DNA from: Candidatus Gottesmanbacteria bacterium
GTDB taxonomy: Bacteria; Patescibacteriota; Microgenomatia; UBA10105; UBA927
Assembly (NCBI GenBank): GCA_023245335.1
Contig: JAHFKK010000001.1
Coordinates: 1,164,053-1,218,111 of the forward strand
Direction: 5' to 3'
Length of the DNA: 54,059 nt
Shown here: positions 46,049 through 54,059 of the stretch, piece after piece
How positions within the stretch are numbered: position 1 is the stretch's first letter
Layout of the letters: the number at the start of each line of letters is the position of its first letter
Notes under the pieces: generated by a model
The model's database searches: none
The model's input: only the letters and a program-made list of their open reading frames with translations
Told to the model about the DNA's origin: nothing
Program-made: the position numbers and the translations under genes

Positions 46049-46933
46049 TCATTCCGCTGTTATAACCTGCCAATTTTTTCCGTCACTTACAACATGGATA
46101 TCTCCTGACTGATCTGTCCTTAGCACTTGAGTCTTGCGGTCTGCTAAAAGCTTGAGCGCTTCAGGTGCCGGGTGACCAAAGGAATTCTTTCCGACAGAAA
46201 TGACGGCTACCTTGGGGTGTATCCAATCCAAAAGGGCTGTATTCATCCCTGTTTTACTCCCATGATGTGGCACCTTTAGCAATTCAACATCTTTATCTGC
46301 TAATGGCTCCCCAATATAATTTCCGGATACTGACGTATCCGAGTCCCCCGGGAAAAACGCATCAAACGAACCATAGCGAAGCCAAAAGACCACACAATCC
46401 TCATTCACGCTCTCTGTGGCAGCCCCAAGGATATTCTGATCCCTGTCCATCGCTATTTGGGCTTCTGATGGCCATACAACGGCTAATTTTGCCTTCCCGA
46501 TAGTGATACGCTCATTGGCTGTCACCAGCTTCTCCGGTATCTTTTTTTCGACCACAATCGATTTGAGCTTCTTATCGGTATCGGTAGACTTATCTATATT
46601 GCTTCGGACAAAGTATCCGACATGGTATCTCTGAAATACAGAAACGAGGCCACCGGCATGATCCCTTTCTGGGTGCGAAAGGACAACAAGATCAAGATTC
46701 CGATCCCAAAACGGCATGTGCTTTCCGAGGCATTGAAGGACAGAATCATTAGGTCCGCCATCGACCAACATGTCCCGTCCGTCAGGAAACCGGATGTATA
46801 TGGCATCCCCCTGTCCGACATCACAGTAGACAATGTGGAGTTTTCCGTCCGGAAATGACCATAAGAAACTAAAGACTAGAATTAGGCCTGTAGTAATCCC
46901 CGCTAATAGGTAACCTACGCGAAGTTTTAGCAT
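46049..46933 (-). CDS. ComEC/Rec2 metallo-beta-lactamase domain protein
   Basis: DVGQGDA, LVDGG, SHPERDHAGG, KVPHHGS, AVISVG.N.FGHP, RTD..G. Confidence 0.93.
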   Translation of the reverse strand: MLKLRVGYLLAGITTGLILVFSFLWSFPDGKLHIVYCDVGQGDAIYIRFPDGRDMLVDGGPNDSVLQCLGKHMPFWDRNLDLVVLSHPERDHAGGLVSVFQRYHVGYFVRSNIDKSTDTDKKLKSIVVEKKIPEKLVTANERITIGKAKLAVVWPSEAQIAMDRDQNILGAATESVNEDCVVFWLRYGSFDAFFPGDSDTSVSGNYIGEPLADKDVELLKVPHHGSKTGMNTALLDWIHPKVAVISVGKNSFGHPAPEALKLLADRKTQVLRTDQSGDIHVVSDGKNWQVITAE

Positions 46934-47087
46934 ACACACGAAATTTTTGCTTTGATAAATGAACACTCATTGCACGTCATCATACATTTCCGGAATTAAG
47001 CGTGAATCTACTCTATACCTATAGAATGTAAATGACGGTCCAATATTCCTTATGGTATCAGCCTCAACCATATCGTGTTTGATACAG

Positions 47088-47978
47088 TTAAAATCCTAAA
47101 CTCGCAAACGGCAACCGGCTCATGATTTGGATCGTCCGAATAAGGTATTCTAGAAAGAGCCAGTCTATCCATGCCACCGCTTGTCCCGCGTATAACACAA
47201 AAAATCCGAGCAAAACAGTCACCCAACCTGCCAACGTCACTGGCGATATAACCCAACCGATTGCTAAATTGGTTAACGGAGAGACAAGGGATAACCGATG
47301 AAAATACAACATCGTCAACGGTATAGTAAATACTTGTGCAGCAAGGGTAAGACGCACGTTTTCTTTCATGAGAGACCATACCGGTGACGCCACCTTCCCC
47401 ACAATATTGTTCACCCAAAACACATAAGGACGTTGAAAAGAATTCTGCAAATCCGCCGCGGCGGCGAATGTTTTGTTTGCATCTTTGCGTTGACCACTAA
47501 ACAAAATAATTCCGAGGGTCGCTAGCGCAGAAAGCTGGAAAGAAATTTCAAAAAGCCAATTAAAGTGAATAATGAGCATAATGCCTACCGTGAGTAGTAA
47601 TGTGAGAAACGCCCAGTATTGACGCCCAAAAAGAACGGCTATAAGGCTCAAACTCCCCATAATGGCGGCCCGGATAATGCTCGATGCCGGACCTACAAAC
47701 CATACGAACCAGATGATGAGAAGAAGCGTTAATGCCGTTGCAACGCGCTTCCCGACGACCGGAAGGAGCATCTTCCCTACAAGATCTTCCATGATGGTAA
47801 TATTCATGCCGGATAAAGCGATAATGTGGAGCGTACCACTGGTCACTAATGCATCATAAAAATCCCCAGATAAGGAAGTTTTTGTGCCAAAAAGCAAGCC
47901 GGCAAGTAAACCCGCATGCGGCTCGGGGAGAAGCTGATTGATGATAGACGTCAGTCCGGAAACGGTAAACGGAACCAT
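47088..47978 (-). CDS. comEC: ComEC membrane (Competence) domain protein
   Basis: GTLHIIALSGMN, SIIRAAIM, SFQLSALAT, AQVFTIPL. Confidence 0.93.
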   Translation of the reverse strand: MVPFTVSGLTSIINQLLPEPHAGLLAGLLFGTKTSLSGDFYDALVTSGTLHIIALSGMNITIMEDLVGKMLLPVVGKRVATALTLLLIIWFVWFVGPASSIIRAAIMGSLSLIAVLFGRQYWAFLTLLLTVGIMLIIHFNWLFEISFQLSALATLGIILFSGQRKDANKTFAAAADLQNSFQRPYVFWVNNIVGKVASPVWSLMKENVRLTLAAQVFTIPLTMLYFHRLSLVSPLTNLAIGWVISPVTLAGWVTVLLGFFVLYAGQAVAWIDWLFLEYLIRTIQIMSRLPFASLGF

Positions 47979-47980
47979 AT

Positions 47981-48631
47981 CTATAGGACAAGCTGGTCTT
48001 TTATCTTAGTAAATAGCGCCTGACCTATGACCTTTTTCTCAACCAGCTCATCGAGTCTCATATATGGTCGCCCGGAAATAATCTTCCCGGCCGTTACCGG
48101 ACCCACTCCGGAAAGTGATTCAAGTTCAGATTGAGTCGCTGCGTTGATATTGACAACCCCTGCCGGTGCAATACTTCCGGATGATCCCGCCGAAGAAGGT
48201 TGACCAGTAGCTACGGCCTCATCACCAAGAGCTGGAATATAGAGTTTGGCGCCGTCGGAAAGCTTGGCAGCACGATTAAGTAAACGCGAAATAGCGGCAA
48301 TGTCGGCGCGTTTCGATAATCCCCCCGCAGCCGTTATACCATTATCCACCCGACTTCCCGCAGGTAAACGATAGACACCGGGCCTTATAACCGCTCCTTC
48401 GACGTCAACCGTAAGCATCTGCACCTCGGAACTTCCCGTCGCTTCCGTCGTAATTCCGGAGATTGGTGAACCCGAAGAAAATATGATCGGCGTAGAAGAC
48501 TGATACGATTTGATAAATATCGTTACAGATAGACCTACAAAAATCAGACTGATGAATCCGAGAATAATTGGCGCATGATACACTCGCCAGAGCATTTCTG
48601 GAGTGATGACACGATCATCATCCTCTACCAT
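47981..48631 (-). CDS. comEA: ComEA DNA receptor (TM, SLBB, HhH)
   Basis: VDVEGAV..PGVY.L..GSRV, VNINAAT..EL..L.GVGP..A..II. Confidence 0.95.
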   Translation of the reverse strand: MVEDDDRVITPEMLWRVYHAPIILGFISLIFVGLSVTIFIKSYQSSTPIIFSSGSPISGITTEATGSSEVQMLTVDVEGAVIRPGVYRLPAGSRVDNGITAAGGLSKRADIAAISRLLNRAAKLSDGAKLYIPALGDEAVATGQPSSAGSSGSIAPAGVVNINAATQSELESLSGVGPVTAGKIISGRPYMRLDELVEKKVIGQALFTKIKDQLVL

Positions 48632-48704
48632 ATATAAACATTAGAGCACGGGAAGAATAAAAATTCTGTAGGATAGGATACGTCTAGAAATACAGAACAA
48701 ATTC

Positions 48705-51281
48705 CTAAATGACAAAGTTGATTACCTTACCCCGGACGAAAATAACTTTCCGTATTTTTGATTCGCCAAGAAATTTCTGTACTTTTTCCGATAATCGGGC
48801 TTTAGCCTCAACTTTTTCCTGCGAACTTACGCTTTCTATATCTATCTGCATCGAATCCCGAAGCTTACCGTTAACTTGAATGACAACGGTCACTGTATCC
48901 TCGACAAGATAGTGTTTATCATACCCGGGCCATGCTTGTTGATGTATGGACCAAAGCTGTCCAGACGCTTCGCGTCGAGAATCCGCGGCTTTGAGCCGGG
49001 ACCAGAGCTCTTCGGTGAGATGTGGCGCATAGGGCGCCAATACAAGCAGAAATGTTTTTAGCAATTCAGGACTTAAGGTGCCATTTTCATCGGCAACCAG
49101 GTTAGTAAACTCCATCATGGCTGCAAGCGCGGTATTGTAGTGACGGCTCTCCGTGTCCTCTCCTACCTTCTTTACCAACTTATGTATTGCTTTGATACAT
49201 TTGTCAGAATCCTTGCTATGAGTGCCAGGTTCTAAGGAGATTGTCGCCATGCGCCAAATGCGTCCGACCCATCGCGACATGCCTTCCATGGCGGAATCAC
49301 GAAAATCTCCACCATCAGAAAAGGGTCCCATGAACATAAGATACATCCGAAGGGCATCTGTTCCGTATAGTTTGATATACTCATCAGGATTAACTACGTT
49401 GCCTTTACTCTTACTCATCTTCGCGCCGTCTTTAATAACCAGTCCATGCGCATAAAATTCCGGAAACGGCTCTTCCCAGCCCGAGGCTGGTCCGCCTTTG
49501 GCGGAAAAATCGAAATATCCCCAGTCACGTAAACACATCCAGACGAATCTGCTGTACATGAGATGAAGCACGGAATGTTCAGCTCCCCCGGTATACATCG
49601 TGACCGGTAACCAGTTTTTCGTGATCTTCGGATCAAACGGTTGCGTATCCGCAGTCTTGGAATTGACAGAGGGATAGCGTAAAAAGTACCACGAACTATC
49701 TAAAAATGTATCAGAAACGTCTGTCTCACGGACGGCCTTACTACCACAACCGGGGCATATTGTTTCATAAAATTCTTTATGCTTCGCAAGAGGTGCGATA
49801 CCATCATCTCCGGGTTTGTAGTCTTTAATATTTGGTAATTCTACCGGCAAATCTTTCTCAAGCACTGCATACCATCCCGGCATATCATGACGCTCCCCTT
49901 TACCATTCTTCTCGCACAAAACGCAATGAATCATGGGAATGGGCGGACCCCAGTACCGCTGCCGGGAGATAAGCCAGTCTCGCAAATGATACATCGTCAC
50001 GCGCTTGCCCCAGCCCTTTTTCTCCAAATGATCCATCATAAGACCTATCGACCGTTTGATATCAATACCGTCCAAGAAGCCCGAATTGATCATTTTACCT
50101 TCATCTTCCTGCACTTGTTCAGGCTTGGTGATAGGACTCGTATCTCCGTCTGCCCCGACAACAACTCGCTGTACAGGAATTTTCATGACTTCCGCAAACT
50201 CAAAGTCTCGCATATCGTGACCAGGCACACCGACCACAGCCCCGGTCCCGAACTCCATAACCACAAAATCCGTCACATAAAGCGGCATTTTATATCCTGT
50301 AAGTTGATTGACACAGTACAATCCTGTCGCTACTCCCGTCTTTTTCCGACCCCGCGCTATCCGATCCTCATGCGAAGCTTTTTTAGTTTTTTCTACGTAG
50401 CGGCCTACTACAGCAGCCTGATCTTTTTTTATCACCGCTTGTATCTGACTGATAAAGGGATGCTCAGGTGCTAAAACGACGAATGTAGCACCGAAGTTGG
50501 TATCCGGTCTTGTAGTAAAGCACGTTATCTCTCCTATTCGCTTTCCTTTTTCATCAACGACCGGATAAGTGATATTTATCCCCTCTTTTTTCCCGATCCA
50601 GTTCCGTTGAGCGATCAAAACCTTTTCTGACCATTTCAGGCTCGATATATTTTCCAGCAGTTTTCCCGCATATGCGGTAATTCTAAAGAACCATTGTTCT
50701 AGTGCTTTCTTTTCTACTAAATTCCCGCAACGTTCACACTTCCCATCTATAACCTGCTCATCTGCCAGTACCGTCTTATCTGCAGGACACCAGTTGACTT
50801 CTGCTTTGGACCTATATGCCAATCCATGTCTGAACATCTGGACGAATAGCCACTGGGTCCACCTATAGTAGTCAGGGTCGTACGTTTGAACCGTGCGCTT
50901 CCAGTCATACATACATCCGATCATATGGAGCTGCCGGTAGAAATTTTCCTCGCTGCGCTTTGCCTGCTCCAATGGATGCGTCCCAACCTTCAGTGCATAA
51001 TTCTCACTATGTATGCCAAATCCATCAAGTCCTATGGGCTCAAAAACATCATATCCCTGCATCCGTTTATACCTCCCGTAGATATCTGTACCGGTAAACG
51101 CATACATATTCCCCACATGTAACCCTTCCGCTGAAGGGTACGGGAACATCATAAGGTTATAAAATGGCTTTCTGACAGTCTCCATATCCAATGTGTTGAG
51201 ACTCTTATCGTGCCAAATTTCCCGCCATTTAGCCTCAACTTTCTCGTGAAGATAGGAATTTTTTTGCGCTGTATCGCTCAT
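48705..51281 (-). CDS. leuS: Leucyl-tRNA synthetase
   Basis: MFPYPS..GLHVGN, WLISRQRYWG.PIP, YTGG.EH, KMSKSKGN, VIQVNGKLR. Confidence 0.98.
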   Translation of the reverse strand: MSDTAQKNSYLHEKVEAKWREIWHDKSLNTLDMETVRKPFYNLMMFPYPSAEGLHVGNMYAFTGTDIYGRYKRMQGYDVFEPIGLDGFGIHSENYALKVGTHPLEQAKRSEENFYRQLHMIGCMYDWKRTVQTYDPDYYRWTQWLFVQMFRHGLAYRSKAEVNWCPADKTVLADEQVIDGKCERCGNLVEKKALEQWFFRITAYAGKLLENISSLKWSEKVLIAQRNWIGKKEGINITYPVVDEKGKRIGEITCFTTRPDTNFGATFVVLAPEHPFISQIQAVIKKDQAAVVGRYVEKTKKASHEDRIARGRKKTGVATGLYCVNQLTGYKMPLYVTDFVVMEFGTGAVVGVPGHDMRDFEFAEVMKIPVQRVVVGADGDTSPITKPEQVQEDEGKMINSGFLDGIDIKRSIGLMMDHLEKKGWGKRVTMYHLRDWLISRQRYWGPPIPMIHCVLCEKNGKGERHDMPGWYAVLEKDLPVELPNIKDYKPGDDGIAPLAKHKEFYETICPGCGSKAVRETDVSDTFLDSSWYFLRYPSVNSKTADTQPFDPKITKNWLPVTMYTGGAEHSVLHLMYSRFVWMCLRDWGYFDFSAKGGPASGWEEPFPEFYAHGLVIKDGAKMSKSKGNVVNPDEYIKLYGTDALRMYLMFMGPFSDGGDFRDSAMEGMSRWVGRIWRMATISLEPGTHSKDSDKCIKAIHKLVKKVGEDTESRHYNTALAAMMEFTNLVADENGTLSPELLKTFLLVLAPYAPHLTEELWSRLKAADSRREASGQLWSIHQQAWPGYDKHYLVEDTVTVVIQVNGKLRDSMQIDIESVSSQEKVEAKARLSEKVQKFLGESKIRKVIFVRGKVINFVI
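48964..48998 (-). repeat. Twin short hairpins inside an apparent leuS insertion
   Basis: Minus strand CGGCT-CAA-AGCCG ... GACGC-GAA-GCGTC encoding part of RLKAADSRREASG. Confidence 0.5.
49476..49505 (-). repeat. 30-bp double-hairpin element, copy C, in-frame in leuS
   Basis: TCCGCC-AAA-GGCGGA-CCAGCC-TCG-GGCTGG = SAKGGPASGW, exactly codon-aligned. Confidence 0.85.
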
Positions 51282-51948
51282 ACTTTACTCAAGTATACCT
51301 AATACGGACTATATTTCAAGAGAGAACACGGGGACAGCGTAAACCCTTCATTCAGGACGGACAAATGCGTAAATAGGCCGCCAGAATAACTACTTACATA
51401 ACAAATGCTTACGCTCGCCGAGTGCCAATTTGTCGATACCAAAATAGTTTCATAAGACTATTCCTTTATAGGCCGATATGACGGGCCACAAAATTATTAG
51501 CACCGGTCAATAATATCTGCTAAAAGAATAAATATCTTCTCTCTCGTGGGTATTTGGCTGGTTTTTACCATAAGGATATCGAATATAACCTTTCCCAACC
51601 TCGATGTGAAACTATCATCATATTCTTTTACCCACCAATAACTATAAGATTAAGAGCAATATTACTATAGGTATAAACGATTGAAAGCCGATTCTACGGC
51701 TCCAAATGATTACCGCATATTTGTTACAGAAGTTGTACTTCGAGCAATGTTTTCAACAAATTAAAATCAATTATTATTGATTGATAGTAATGTTTGATAT
51801 ATTTATTGAAGCTAAGTATTTCTTGCGGTAATTAGTGAAATATACCTATTTCTGCACATTTAACTCAAAAAACACTTTTATAGTTCTAGTACCTAACTAT
51901 ATCAACAGCCTCTTGACAGCCTTATTAGTAATTGTATTAACTATAACT

Positions 51949-54059
<2,111 letters not shown>

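Noticed and set aside
47453-47464. CCGCCGCGGCGG palindrome in the comEC variable loop as a fifth repeat copy
   Set aside because: Single hairpin only, encodes an Ala run, and could arise by chance.
337-51122. Numerous short ORFs overlapping the called genes on other frames or strands
   Set aside because: They lie fully within well-supported CDSs and show no motifs or start signals.
51300-51948. AT-rich leuS-collagen intergenic region as oriC or a decayed membrane gene
   Set aside because: No cluster of DnaA boxes; the fragmented minus-strand frames have no start or recognisable homology.

Overview
About 54 kb of bacterial chromosome read in genetic code 11 (TGA is used as a stop). The gene repertoire and style suggest a Patescibacteria/CPR (Microgenomates-like) genome; this is an inference. 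Housekeeping anchors are an M16 peptidase, lepA, argS, leuS, comEA plus a split comEC, and an MgtE-N/CBS + Nramp transporter pair. Envelope genes include a sortase with an LPxAG substrate and a GT2-GT4-GT-C-like operon. Many short hypothetical genes fill the gaps. No rRNA, tRNA, CRISPR array or complete mobile element was found. The most unusual signals are: (1) a stand-alone wHTH+Cas2-like (PaaX-like) gene bracketed by two co-oriented 34-46 bp palindromes 702 bp apart; (2) a roughly 1 kb hairpin-dense non-coding region with GNRA loops, G-U pairs, a pseudoknot and mutually exclusive stems; (3) a dispersed 30-bp double-hairpin element whose stems covary across four copies, one inserted in-frame in leuS; (4) an ORF missing from the supplied track (51949 to the window end) that joins a tyrosine-recombinase N-terminal domain, a TM helix and at least 137 uninterrupted collagen triplets; (5) a 1960-aa protein with glycine-zipper helices and a degenerate GT2 domain, a GNAT-hexokinase fusion, and an orphan V-ATPase D subunit. 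All family assignments come from motif recognition by eye; no database searches were run.
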